A stretch of 64,000 nt of DNA from Selaginella moellendorffii (lineage: Eukaryota; Plantae; Lycopodiophyta), in NCBI RefSeq assembly GCF_000143415.4, contig NW_003314265.1, forward strand, positions 3,055,181-3,119,180, written 5' to 3'. Under the pieces are notes generated by a model that was given only the letters and a program-made list of their open reading frames with translations, was not told where the DNA came from and did no database searches. Made by a program: the position numbers and the translations under genes. Below are positions 51,380 to 63,762 of this stretch, piece by piece; the stretch's first letter is position 1; the number at the start of each line of letters is the position of its first letter.

Positions 51380-54300
51380 CCGGTCTCGGTCTCGACTTCG
51401 GACTCCATCTCGGACTCCATCTCGGGTCCATCTCGGACTCCATCTCGGGTCCATCTCGGACTCCATTTCGGGTCCATCTCGGACTCCATCTCGGGTCCGT
51501 CTCGGACTCCATCTCGGACTCCATTTCGGGTCCATCTCGGGTCCACCTCGGACTCCATCTCGAAATCCATCTCGGACTCCATTTCGGGTCCACCTCGGAC
51601 TCCATCTCGAAATCCATCTCGGACTCCATTTCGGGTCCATCTCTGGTCCACCTCGGACTCCACTTCGGACTTCCAATCGGGTCCATCTCGGACTCCACTT
51701 CGGACTCCAACTCGGGTCCATCTCGGACTCCACTTCGGACTCCAACTCGGGTCCATCTCGGACTCCACTTCGGACTCCAACTCGAGTCCATCTCGGACTC
51801 CACTTTGGACTCCAACTCGAGTCCATCTCGGACACTTCCACGTGTCATGTGTTGGTCCTTTTGGGTCCCTTTTTGGAGCCTCGCTTTTTGCTCGCTTCGT
51901 GCTCGTTCCTCGAGCACTTCGTTGGGAGTTCCACTCCCGCTCTTGACTTTTCAAGTCGGAGCTTTTGGTCCAAACGTGTTACGCTCGTTTGGCTCTCGCT
52001 TCAGCCACTACCACGTGGCACCCTTTCCGGCTCCACTTTGGGGCCTAGGGATTTTGTGTCTCACACCTACTTCAAAGATGTACCGGAGAACATAACAATT
52101 GGAGGTTGAAATCCCTTTCCAAACCACACATCTTTAACACCACTATACTCTAGCGAGACATGCTTAATACTCCACTTTATCTTCGGATTCACCTTTACCA
52201 ACCATGGCATCCCAAGAATGAGATCCACACGATAGATATCCATGAGATAAAAAGTCTTCATAAGTGTGGTTTTGTCAACTAACACTTCTAGCTCTTCTAC
52301 AAAAGCATCGAAATGCTGAGCAAAGGTAACTGGACCTTCCACTGTGTATGGAGGAACTCTGTGTATGACTAGGCCATGCTCCGCAATGAACTTTGCCGAA
52401 ACAAAATTATCATCGCTCCCACTATCCAGTAAAAGTCACATTGGACCGCCACGGAACATGCCCTTCAACATTAAAGTTGATTCACAAGTATCCTCAAGCT
52501 CCATCTTGTTGCACACATAGTTGAGTTGACGAGCAACAATTGAAAGCCTCTTCCTTCACTGCAAGGTTGGAATGGTCTTCCCCGTCATCTTCATGCTGCA
52601 AAATTTGCAACTTTTTAATATTTAATTTACCGTCAGTAGAAGATTGGCCATTCTCTTTGCTCTGCTGCTTGTTCTTCAGCTATGGACAATCAGCTTTGTA
52701 GTGTCCAAGCTTGCCACAATGATAACAACCTTGTTTATAATTCTTCACAAAGAACTTCTGCTTCTTTGACCCTTTTGCATCTGACTTTAACTTGTGGTGC
52801 TTGTTCCCATCCTTGTATCCATGGTGATCATCACAACAATTCTCGACAGAAGGATTCTGCGAATGCTTGCAAGATTTGTACTTGTCATTGTCAATGAGCT
52901 GCATCAAAGAGCTCCTCTAAACTCTTTGTAGGATGAGAACGACGTAAGTGTTGCTGCATGTTCTCACTATGAAGGCCATCAATGAAGTAGGACTTGTTTT
53001 AATCTGGATCCTTCATTGGAACACGGCTAATCAAGCAAGTAAGCTTTTCAATATAGTCCCCAAGCATCATTTTCCCTTGCTGAAAATGTCAAAGTTCTAT
53101 ATAAGCATTTTCCACATCATAGTGAAGGAGAAAATGTAAATGGAAAGCAGCCTCATATTCATCCATGGTAGATATTGGTGGTTTCTTATCTGCAACACGA
53201 GACTCCTCAAGGCAATTCCACCACTACAAACCCGCATCATGCAAAACCATTGAAATAGCCACTAAAGCCTCTACATTTGGAGTTCCCTTAGCAGCCAAGA
53301 ACTTCTTCATATTAACGAGATACTCGTCCACGCCACCATCACCAGAAAAGATTAGAATCTTGAGTGGATCTACCAAAAAAGGCTTACTTGGAGCGCTACC
53401 ACATATACCCTTGAGTGCCTCAACATGTTCATGCATGGTATCTATCATGCCATGCATCTCATCTTACATTTTTTGCTGATTTCGATTAAGGGCTCGTAGC
53501 TCATGAACAACATCTTGAATGATTTAAATCTCCACAACTCCGTTGGCACCATCATTGGCACCATCATTGACAATAGGATTTCAACGTTCAGCTTCGTCGG
53601 CCATTGCAATCAACTCCTCTGATACCAATGTTATGATATAGTGCAAAAAGACAAAAATTTAGTCACTCTAGACTATGTTATGCCACCTCTTAAAATTCCT
53701 CACCACCCAACCACCCCTAAGCTACCTCAAAACCTCCATTGTGAGCTTTAAGGTAGGTTAAGACCCTTACCTTAACATGCCTTAAAATACCCTTGAGCCT
53801 CCCTTTGACCGATGTTGACCACGTGGTCAAAGTTGGCGCCTAATAGGTTTCCCCTATATGCTATGTGCAGAGGAAGGAGGACAGGAATTTATTGAGATTG
53901 GAAGACAATTGTATCTCTTGTAAGTCATATAATCTTATAATAAACACAACACATATTCCTTTTTCTTTTCTAATAGATTGAGGGTTTCCTCCAAGATTTG
54001 CTCAATAGAGAGGTTTCTTCTCAACTTACAAAGCCCAAATTTGGCTTAGTGAAGGATCACACCTGAAGGTGTTAACTACTCCCAATCCTCCCCTATTTCA
54101 CCCATTGGTTCACTCGGTGTGCAAAAACCAAGCCTAAGCTCATAGCCAAAGCTAAAGATGAAGAAAAAGAAGGCTATATCATAGCTAAGGATGATATCGA
54201 GGCTTGAGTAGAGTAATGCCATACTTATTGAGCTTCAAGAGGTTATTTGTTTGGAAAGCGATGCTTTCAAACAAGTAATAGACTATCTTTTGAAGAAATT

Positions 54301-55262
54301 TATCAGTATGTCATTAAGCACAAATGGTAAGTGATGGCAATTACAAGATGCCCACCAAAGAATATAGAAAATATTTTATATATTCAAAACTTCTATGTTT
54401 GATAATTTCATACTTTCAGAACTATATTCATTTGATTGCTTCAAAACTCAATGTTACATATTATTATATGAGATGGGGTTCATGAATGACTCTAAAAGCT
54501 ACTTCTGTAACCATTCTTTACTAGAATATGATTTTGGAATGAAAATTACTTGCCCAAATGTTGCTGATATTGAAAATGAAGTTGGTTTTTCAAATAAGTC
54601 ATCTCTTTAGATATGAGTGATCTCCTTAGGCCAGAACCCTAGTGAATCTATTGTAAAATTATGTAACTTGGATTGTCATTCTTCATTGAATTCTGTAAAG
54701 TGGACAAAAAGTGGATTAGACAAATAAGGTTCATAAACGGCTAAAGCCATACCTTACACAATCTCTACAAACCACTATTGCAAATCCTCTCAAAGGCCTT
54801 TGAAGTGTAAAATTGCCACTATATCCTTTGTTCAAATTATAACTCACACTGTGGATATCTATAGTAAAAAGTTGGTGCCAATGCTTGACAGTACTTTGAA
54901 AAGTACTCCACTTTTCTGAGAACAGTAATGTGCTTCCATCCTCATCGAGTGTTGGAAACCTACTCACAAGGCATCCTTGACCAGCTGCAACTTCAAGAAA
55001 AGTGTGTAATAGACCATAATTGCCATATACTCCTCTATAATATTATTATAATTGCTATTGAGGTCCTCTAGAGCCATCTCCAAAACTGGTGGAGATGAAT
55101 AATTGCTAGGTCTCTAATATCTCCTTCCTTGCTTCTTTCTTTTTATTTGTTGTCTGGAGACCTATGGTGACTCACAACATATTCCCTTCATCCCAAATCT
55201 AAGGGGCACATAACTTCAAGTCTATCTTGAAAAGCCCATCTTTTGATAGTCTTTTGTCACAG

Positions 55263-55830
55263 TATAAGCTCCTAAATTTAGACTTTCTGAGATATCACCT
55301 ATCCCAGTACTATTCAAATCCAAGGACACTTAATCCTAAATATCCTAATACCCTTAACCAATTATAAAAGAGGTATTTATGATAAACTAGATGTAAGCAA
55401 CCAAAGAGAACGACTTGAGAGACGATCCATGAGGTTCAAATATAAAGGAAAAGGGCCCATGAATAAAAGTGCACCCACTTTTCCAATTGGTTAAGGATCT
55501 TAGGATATTTGGGGTTAAGCATTCTTGGGTTTGAATAGTACTGGGCTAGATGACCTTCTAGGAAGTCCAAACTTAGGAGCTTACATTTGGTATTAGAGCG
55601 GTCTCAAATCATTTGGTATCGTTGGTGACCTCCTAGGAAGTTTAAACTCAGGAGCTTACACTAGACTCAATTTCAACACTAAACTCAATTTCAACATGTG
55701 ATATGATTCCCCTAACCAACTAACAAAGTTGAACCTAAGCCCTCTCTAATACCAAATATAAGTTCCTGAATTTAGACTTTTTAGGAGGTCATCCACTCTA
55801 GTATTATTCAAACCCAATGATACTTAATTG
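55263..55830 (-). mobile_element. Old Cassandra remnant interrupted by a younger Cassandra derivative
   Basis: Reverse-complement TDR pieces at 55263-55370 and 55757-55828, with a PBS-like CTCTAATACCA at ~55745-55754. Confidence 0.7.
55392..55660 (+). mobile_element. Internally deleted Cassandra derivative
   Basis: Full TDR 55392-55585, PBS TGGTATTAGAGC, then only the 3' end of the second TDR. TSD CTAGA at both ends. Confidence 0.88.
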
Positions 55831-56399
55831 TAGTGCACGTGGTTTTCACCTTTTATCCTATGTTCATTTTCATGATAAAGTAACAACCTCCTCCTCCGTT
55901 GACTCCAGAGAAGCAATTGGTGTAATTGCTTAATGCTATGTGGATGTAGTTGAATAATCAAACTCAATTAATAATGGTATTCATAGCACGTGGTACAACT
56001 CCTCTTTCTCTTATTGTTAATCCTTTATTCAGCTGGAGTCAAGGACTCTCACTACTCATTTGACTCATTATTTCCTAAAAGAATGTTTATATCAAGACTT
56101 TCCACTGCAATAAATATTAGTATAGTGGGATTTTTATAGCCATTAGATTGGTTTTAATTCAGACCACTCGCTTTTGTATATAAGCGAGGAATCGTAAAGA
56201 TGATATGTATCATTGGTTTAATCACTTTACAATAATTGTTACTTTTCATTCTTGAGATGATGCTCATGACCCTACGTGCATGTGGAGACCATCTCAGAAA
56301 ATATTGGAGGATGCCACCTAGACAAAGCCAAGTTGTACATATTTGTTGACAAGAGCATTTTGTGGACATATCAAAAGGCTGTCTAGGGCTCTGACTCAC

Positions 56400-57600
56400 A
56401 GTTTTGGGGTACGGCTATTCAAGATAGAGATGGATTCTTTTGTTGAGAATCAAACATTTGAAATGTTTGATGCTCCAAGTGGGTGCAAGCTTATAGACTT
56501 TAAATGGGTGTTTCAACAGACTCATGATCACATGATGGATCAGTATCATTACAGGGTTTATCTCATCTGAAAGGCATTTACGCAAGTGAAAGGTGTCAAC
56601 TATGACAAGACATTCTCTCTGGTCATGAAGATGACTACATACAAACCATCCTTACCACTGCAAATGCCAAGGATTGAAGAGTTCACCAAATGAATGTTAA
56701 AATTACTTTTCTCCACGGTGAGGTAGCTGTTCATACATATCCTTATGGGTTTTCCTAGTCATGCAGATCATGACAAGGTCTAGAAGCTTGTATAGATTGA
56801 AACAATTATCCCATGTTTGGTATCACAAATTTGATAAAGCACTGCAGTAACAAGGGTTTCACCATGTTGCAGTTAACTCCAATGAGGGAGAAAGGGATGA
56901 CATGCTCATTGTTGCTCTTTACGTCAATATGATCACTAAGGGAGATGAAGCAATCATATGATTGAAGGCCACACTAACCAACACTTTTCATATGAAAGAT
57001 CTTGGTGAGTGCAAACCTTTTTGGTCATCCAAATTGAGTGGTACCCCAAGAATGCCACCATGAAGTTCCACTAAAGTTATTATGTAAAGCGTCTTCCACA
57101 GCGTTTTGGCATGGGGTAATGCCACCCCGTGAGGATGCCCATGGTCACTAGCATTTTGACCCCAAGGAATGCAAGGGAGGAACTTAGCAAGGAAGTTCCT
57201 CATCAGCTGTTTGATGGCACTTGTGATGAAGCCAGACATTTGTTACGCAACTATTGCATTGAGCCAGTTCAATGCAAAACCATGCACCAACCATTGGAAG
57301 ACCACAAAGCACAGTCTGCAATACCTCAAAGGGACGATGAATTATAATTTAGTTATTTGACGACTGACTTGGAGGCTATACAAATGCAAGTTGGGCAACA
57401 AACAAAGGCTGTTGATCCACAACAAGTTTTAGCTTGCAACTTTGCGGGGCTGCATACTGGAGGACCTTGGGCATCCACAGTGAGGCCCAATCATTGGAAG
57501 GTGTGACAATCAAAGCAAAATAGCAATGACATGGAACCTGTTCTTCCACGGTCACAAGACATTCTTATGCAGTTCCACTACATGTGAGAACATGTCGAAG
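56400..57600 (+). mobile_element. Ty1/copia RT-RNaseH remnant
   Basis: EMDSFVENQTFE...KLIDFKWVF and KPDICYATIALSQF.AKPCTNHWKTTKHSLQYLKGT, with many stops. Confidence 0.8.
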
Positions 57601-57607
57601 CCGATAC

Positions 57608-58330
57608 AATGTGCAAGGCCTGGACTCGGCTGATGCGCAACGATCCATGCTTCAAGCGGCTGGTGGGGACACTGCTGCCACAGACGCTCCTTCTGCTGTG
57701 AACAAGAAAACGGGGAGACCGCAAATGCGCTCTACAGGTGTTGACGATATGGCAGCGAGTAGCAACGCCAATGGGTGCACACTTGGTATATGAAATTACA
57801 TGCTGGAAGTCGGAGGCCAAATTGGGGTGCTTGTGAGGCACGACTCCAGACTGTTGGTGCTGGATAGGGAGAGGTGAATGTGGAAGGAAGTGTCATCCTA
57901 AGGAGCCTTTTTCGACCATAGGGAGTGTTGCACAGTGGGCAGTCTAACATTCGTGGTGTGGGTGAGAAGGATCCTAGTCTTTGATTCTCAAAGCCTGGTA
58001 TGGGCATGGCATGAGATGGAAAATGAGGCTGATTATAGTGAACAAGCTCCAGAGTGTGGAGCTTGACTTCAAGAAGATGAACCAAGTTTGTGCCAGCAGG
58101 TATCACAATGCCTACTGGATTCATGAGACTGATGGATGCTTCTCAGGTACGCTGATGAATGCTTACATGCTTTTTGTTTTCAGGGTTGATTGTGAGCAGT
58201 GGAGCGGAGCAATGTTTTTGTTTTTGCTAGCTGACTGTTGGTTAATGCAAGGGGGTGTTTGAAGGAGGTGAAACTGAGCTAGGCTGGTTCACCAGGCCTT
58301 TGCAATTCTGAAGAGTACAAGAAAACTAGT
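57608..58330 (+). pseudogene. F-box gene remnant (post-F-box region)
   Basis: The frame reading CKAWTRLMRNDPCFKRL is the classic end of an F-box motif. Stops follow downstream. Confidence 0.5.
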
Positions 58331-58748
58331 ACGTTCTCCATTTTTGTCGGTGACAAGCCTTTGTTTGAATGTCTACAGAGAAGAGCTAATAACCTTTTCC
58401 AGCTTGAGGTGATCTAATCTGAAAATTAGCATTCAAGAGAGAGCACTATGTCAAAAGTTAGAGCGTGAGGTTCATTTGATTGTATCATAAAATATTATCA
58501 TTACCAAAACATTTATGTTTTTAGAATTTGATTAGCCATTAAGTATAGAAGTTGCTATGTTTTTTAAAAAAAAAATTCATCAATTGTATTTTCAGGTTTA
58601 CCTAGAAAAAATTTCTTTGTTTCTGTCATATTAGAAAAGATAAGAGAATCAAGGCCATACAACATGACAACATGATACATTGTGACACTTAGTGTTATTT
58701 CTATTCCATTTTGTTTTTCGTGCTGAGTTTGAGGTTAGAGGCTAGAGC

Positions 58749-58771
58749 TATATATATATATATATATATAT
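58749..58771. repeat. (TA)n microsatellite
   Basis: About 11 TA units. Confidence 0.9.
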
Positions 58772-60009
58772 CTCCTATGTAAAAGCGATCACCACATACA
58801 TTTCTTTCTCTTGTTTTATGGCAATGTAATTTATGGCTATAAATTTCAAAGGTTATGTTTTCTCCAATTTAGCTTAAAATTATTATAACATCTATAAAAT
58901 ACTGTTTAAAACTTTAGAGTTTTATTCTATAATAAAACACAATTTAGAAGCTCTAATTTTCATCCAAAATTAAAACTCTTCGAAATCGCGGCGCGCCAAC
59001 TTAATGTATTGTCATGTAAAGATTTTAAGATTCACTGTCTTTGTAATGCTTCAAGTTTTTAATACTACAGCAATAACCATGACAAACACAAAGAGTATCT
59101 TGATCTGCTGAATGAGATGATCTCAGCATGCTAGTGATCTTGATCACTAAATTAGAGCTATTGGAACTTGGTTCTTGAGCAAGACTAATTGATTTTGCCT
59201 GCATAATATATAGTTAATTTTGTCAATTATATTCTAGTTATTTACTCCCGGCCATTTTACCTTATTGTTTTGATCGATCTTCTAATTCTATAGTTTAAAC
59301 AATCTAGGAAGGAAAACTTACGTGCTTGTTGATGAAAACCGGGCTCTTAATCTCGGGATCTATTCCAACGACACGATCAGCTTCCAGAGCTACAGCGATA
59401 TACTCCAGGTACAAGTTTTTGGAGAGGATGGTGACAGAGATTTGAAACATATGATTGCCTAGATTGGAGTGTTCCCAATAAACAATATCTAGCGATGGAT
59501 GAAAGGAGTTTAGAGATGGCTAATACGATCAAAGTTTTCTGGCTAGGAACTATATTCATTGATAGTTCCATCGCATGAGCACAGCTTCTTGTACATTGTT
59601 CTATTTCAGTTTTTGATACTCAGTTACAACCTTGTTTACTCCCTGTAGTGAACAGTAAAAAAAGGAACAAGGATGCCGTGAGCAAGATTTACTTTCAAAA
59701 GCGATGATCACAAATCAAGAGCTGAAGCTTCGCTGTTAAAATTATCGTCATTTGTAGTGTTCTTTGAATAGATGACATTTTCAAGAGAATCCCACCTTTT
59801 TTTCCTATTCCAAGTCTTTTTCTCTCTTGTCCATTTGAGGCTTGGCTTTCTCAGAGCCACATAATCCATCTAATCATATCAAAGGCCTGATACTAGAAAT
59901 CCGATTAGTTTGCAATGAATTTTTATACTTCCTGTTTTATATTTTTTTAGTTAAACTTTGTCGTTTAAAAAGTTCTAGGGTTTATGCCTTAAACCCTAGG
60001 CAGAGAAAC

Positions 60010-62478
60010 ATGGCACGGGTGTGGCGCGTCGCGATTTCTCGGCCTCGATCGCCTGGTAGGCAGCTCCATCGATCCAGCATTTCTCATTCTTGGTATAGGT
60101 CTGGGCGGCACAAGCTACTGCACGCTCTCCCAAGCCATGGTCGAAGCAGTGCAAGAACAAGGGCAGGACGATGCTGGCGATGAAGACTACAGGAGGGATG
60201 TGGAGCAGACTGCGCTGGATTTCGTGCTCGCCGAGGGCTGCTTTGGCCTCATTCCATTGCCATCGCAGGGCCAGGGGAGGCGGCTGGACAGGATCTTGGA
60301 GCTGTGCCGGGGCCCGAATGGGAGGTACGAGAATCTCATAGACATTGTCTCGGATAAGAACACATTGCTTGCTGCTTACCAGAGGCTCAAGGTCAGGCCG
60401 GGTCTCAAGATTCCACAGCTTGGATCGGGCGAGCTGCCTCTAAACTGGCTGAGATTGACGCGCGAGAGTCTCCTCGCCGGGGCCTATGAGTTTCAACACT
60501 ACCACGCCAGGAACGTGTTTAGAAAGTTTGGAGCTCGTGCTACTCAGCACACTCTCGCCGACCGCTACACCTTTCTCCTCGTAAACCTCTGGGCTATGCG
60601 GACCAAGCGAGCGGAGATCTTCTCGGGCAACTGCGAGTTCTACTGGAAGAAAGGCAGGCGGGATCCCTTGAGGAGCTTCAACTTGGATTTCTTCCTGGAC
60701 TACGGCCTTCACAGCAAGTATAAGCATCCACTCTCCAGTCCATTTCCGCCGGTGGGGGACTTGATCGTCCAAGAGGCCATGCAGATGGCTCTGGAGAAGA
60801 TCTACGAGCCTTTGCTCTCCCCAAAAGCTCACGGGTATCGTCCCAACAGAGGGTGCCACACTTTGTTGGAGGACGTAAGGAGTAACCGGTGGCTGGGAGT
60901 TTGCTGGCTGCTCGAGTTTAACTTCGACAACATCTACGCCAAGATAGACACGGATTTGCTAGCCTCGATGCTTGAGCAAGAGATCGAAGACAAAGGTTTC
61001 GTGGAGCTAATACTCAAGCTGTTCGACGTGAAGGCCACCGTTGCCGAGGACGTCAAGTACTCGCCGAAGACCCTGGCCAAGAACCCGCAGTTGGCGAAGA
61101 ATAAGTACGAGCACGAAGAGCTTGGAGTCCGGAGATCCGTTTTAGCACCGCTACTCTGTCACGTCTACCTGCGATCGCTGGACGACGAGATCTCTCGGAT
61201 GATTCTGGAGCAGGAGAGGGTGCCAACAGACCGTGGACGACGGACGATTTTCAACGTCCGCTCCAATCCAGTCCCAGCCAGCAAGGAGCTTCCCATCAAC
61301 TTGCAGTACGTGCGCTACCTGGACGAGTTTGTGGTGGGAGTCGGGGCCTCAAGGGCCATTGCCGAGAGAATACAGGCTCTGATACTAAAGTTCATGAAAA
61401 CGGAGCTTCATCTGGAGCCAGACTACGCTTCGTACGTGGACATAAGCTTCGGGTCGACGCTTTTCCTTGGGATGAGGATCACGGCTGCTGAGTCGACGTA
61501 TGATCCCCGGACAGAAGCAAAAAGGCTGGAGAAACGCCGGAGGAGCAAGTTCCGGAACGTCAAGCTGAGAGAACTTCGTGAGCGGGTGTGGTCGGACAGG
61601 ATGAAGAGATTGACGCTGCATGCCTGGATGCTGGGACTCCGAAAAGTAAGTCGGGAGCTCCCGGACCTCGAACAGTGCAAGAGCATGGTCCGTCTAAAAT
61701 CCGAGAATATGGTCAGGGACTTCACCATTGCCAAGTTGAGGAGTGGAATGACAAGGCTGGCCGTGGAAGAGCTACTCAACACCGAGAACGCTGTGTTCTA
61801 CAACATGTCTGCCCTTGGGATCCCGGAGGAGATAACCAAGGCTCATCAGCACTTGACGGACTTGCTCGAGAAGCACTACAGGAGCATCTTGAAGGAGAAC
61901 CGAGATCCAAAGCCGGTCCTGCCGAAGAACAAGTCCAAGAGATTGGAGATGGTGCAGACGTATGGAGCTCTTCCAATTCGGCTCATTGCGCCGCTGGACA
62001 CCATCATGGCCGAGCTGCGCTACATCGGAATGATCAAGCCCGACTCCATCCGCCCCGACGCTGTTTGCTCGTTTCTCAACGCTCCGGACGAGTCCATCGT
62101 CTCTTACTTCGCGGCGATCGCCTACGCGCTGCTCGTCTACTACCGCTGCTCCGACAATTACATCAAAGTGAAGCGTATCGTGGACTACCAAGTGCGATGG
62201 TCGGCGCTCATCACCTTGGCTGCCAAGCACGACTTCACCACCAGGAAATCCATTCTCGAGTTCAAGCGAGGGCCACAGATGGTGAAAGGCCAAGACGTTG
62301 TGGCGTCGCTGCCAAGCACCCCTGCCATCTCTCGGTTTGGAACGATGTTCTACGACAACATCCAGGAAACAATGCTTCAGCACATCATGTCAGGTACGTT
62401 ATCTTGACTTTTGTTTCGTGTTTTGGTGATGAAACGCAGATAATTTTTGCAGGATCCCGGCGGCCTCGATCGCAGTGA
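60010..62478 (+). CDS. Nuclear-encoded group II intron maturase (MatR-like), probably mitochondrion-targeted; exons 60010-60055, 60099-62393, 62453-62478
   Basis: RT0 LLAAYQRLK, RT2 IVQEAMQMALEKIYEP..HGYRPNRGCH, RT3 WLLEFNF, RT4 SVLAPLLCHVYL..LD, RT5 YVRYLDE, RT7 FLGMRI, and domain X IRLIAP...LLVYYRCSDNY..VKRIVDYQVRWSALITLAAKH. An Arg/Ser-rich N-terminus MARVWRVAISRPRSPG is joined in frame by a 43-nt intron. Confidence 0.9.
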
Positions 62479-63219
62479 CCATTAAACAGCAAGCAAGGAG
62501 GTGTTCATCTCTTTTTTCAACTCTTCCACCCCGCTTTTTCGTGAACAACGCGGGAGGTTGATCATACTTTCTTGCTGAAACTACAAGGCAAGGTAGGACT
62601 TTGCTAAAGGTGATTGAAGTTACTAAAGATGCTCGACCTTGTTGTTCTGGTCAGGCTGGAAGCTTCAAGGCCAGAGTGGAAAATGCGAGGAATTTTAGTA
62701 GGCATGCCCAGAATCCCGTGTTTGACGTTCTCCCATTTTAAACAAGAACATACGTCCTTTGCTTCTTCTAGCAACTTCGAAAGCTCTCGATTATCAACCA
62801 CGTTATTGTTTTACTCGGGGATATTGAAAATTATTCCCGGAGTGACAAACACGAACCTCTGCTGGCCATAGACAACCATACTATTAATCCGGGAGAGGTT
62901 ATTTACCCTTTGCTATCGTTTTAAACAAGCTTAACTAAGATCGTGTGCCGGAAATGGACGCTCAGGATCGGTCCACCCCGCTAGAGTCCATCGCGGCTTT
63001 GGCTATGGAAGACGTCACTCTAGCGTTCTGGCAAGAAGCTCCATAACAAAGGGCTGCGTCCAATGCACTCTGATTCCTTCCCCTTGGATTTCTTTCCAAA
63101 ATCTTCTTCTGCCACAATGCTATCATCTCTCCGTCGCGAATGAGGGCTTTTCCTCCATCTCCATCCTCGTGAGAGACACGAATCCCTCCAATCCAATCCC
63201 CAATTCGATCTCTCCCAGG

Positions 63220-63762
63220 ATGAAGATGAACCGGCTCATCGAGAAGCTGGATGCGATTCGCGGGGGAGGCGGGCGGCGCTCGGGCAGCGACGAGGATTCG
63301 TCCATGGATCTCTTCAGATCTTCTTCCAAGCTCTGGCGCTTCTCCACCTCGTACAGGGAGAGCCTCTCGCCCATCCTCCCCGGCGGCGAGGCGGCGGCGT
63401 CCAATTCCTCGCTGGCGGTGCTGCAGCGCAGGGGAGATCACCGCCTCCTCTCGTGCGTCAAATTCGCCAGGAAGGCCAAGAGCAATCTGGTGACGCTCCT
63501 GGTGGGCAAGGAGGACGAGGAGCGGCAGGCGTTCCAGGTAGAGCCCCAGATCCTGGACCACGCCATCGTGCAATGCCTGCTCGAGAGATCCAACTTCGTG
63601 GCCGCGGGGCTTAGGGCGGGCGAATCGCCGCTGTACGAGGAGGACATCCTGCTCGATTGCGACGCCATTCTCTTCGAGCACATCCTGTGGCTGCTCAGCC
63701 GGGACGATCCATCGCTGCGCAACTTCAATCTCGAGGAGCTCATGGAGTTTTACACAATGTGA
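63220..63762 (+). CDS. SAUR: SAUR-like (auxin-inducible family) protein, intronless
   Basis: VTLLVGKEDEERQAFQVEPQILDHAIVQCLLERS...ILLDCDAILFEHILWLL matches the SAUR core. First in-frame ATG at 63220; GC-rich coding bias. Confidence 0.75.
   Translation: MKMNRLIEKLDAIRGGGGRRSGSDEDSSMDLFRSSSKLWRFSTSYRESLSPILPGGEAAASNSSLAVLQRRGDHRLLSCVKFARKAKSNLVTLLVGKEDEERQAFQVEPQILDHAIVQCLLERSNFVAAGLRAGESPLYEEDILLDCDAILFEHILWLLSRDDPSLRNFNLEELMEFYTM

Larger units (their letters stand above)
43737..52065 (-). mobile_element. Young non-autonomous LARD-like LTR element (LTRs 43737-45545 and 50233-52065; ~4.1-kb non-coding interior plus nested TRIM)
   Basis: TG..CA termini and TSD CCTAC (43732-43736 and 52066-52070). 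PBS GCTCCGATACCA before 50233 and PPT after 45545. LTRs are nearly identical. No gag/pol ORF recognised. Confidence 0.95.
40706..53845 (-). mobile_element. Decayed full-length Ty3/gypsy retrotransposon with ~210-bp LTRs (40706-40916 and 53629-53845), interrupted between PR and RT
   Basis: PBS CTCTGATACCA at 53617-53627. Gag with zinc knuckle CYHCGKLGHYKADC, protease LLDSGSDDNFVS, RT FTKIDLRSEYHQI / FLDDILVYS, then RNaseH, integrase (SHFGGKKTY..C..YQRVK) and a GPY/F-like end. PPT next to 40917. No TSD recognised. Confidence 0.88.

Noticed and set aside
54395-54967. Short ORFs in AT-rich DNA (also 28880-29404 and 59377-59571)
   Set aside because: No recognisable motifs or consistent exon chain; cannot be supported from sequence alone.
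60137-62407. Mobile group II intron, retron or DGR reverse transcriptase (with 13757-15985 as template/variable repeats)
   Set aside because: Catalytic motifs are degenerate, no flanking ribozyme is evident, and spliceosomal introns are present. The duplicate copies differ by deletions and mixed substitutions, not adenine-specific changes.
61588-62478. Overlapping 296-aa ORF and antisense ORFs over the maturase and SAUR genes
   Set aside because: Shadow frames of GC-rich coding sequence; only the last 26 nt serve as the maturase terminal exon.
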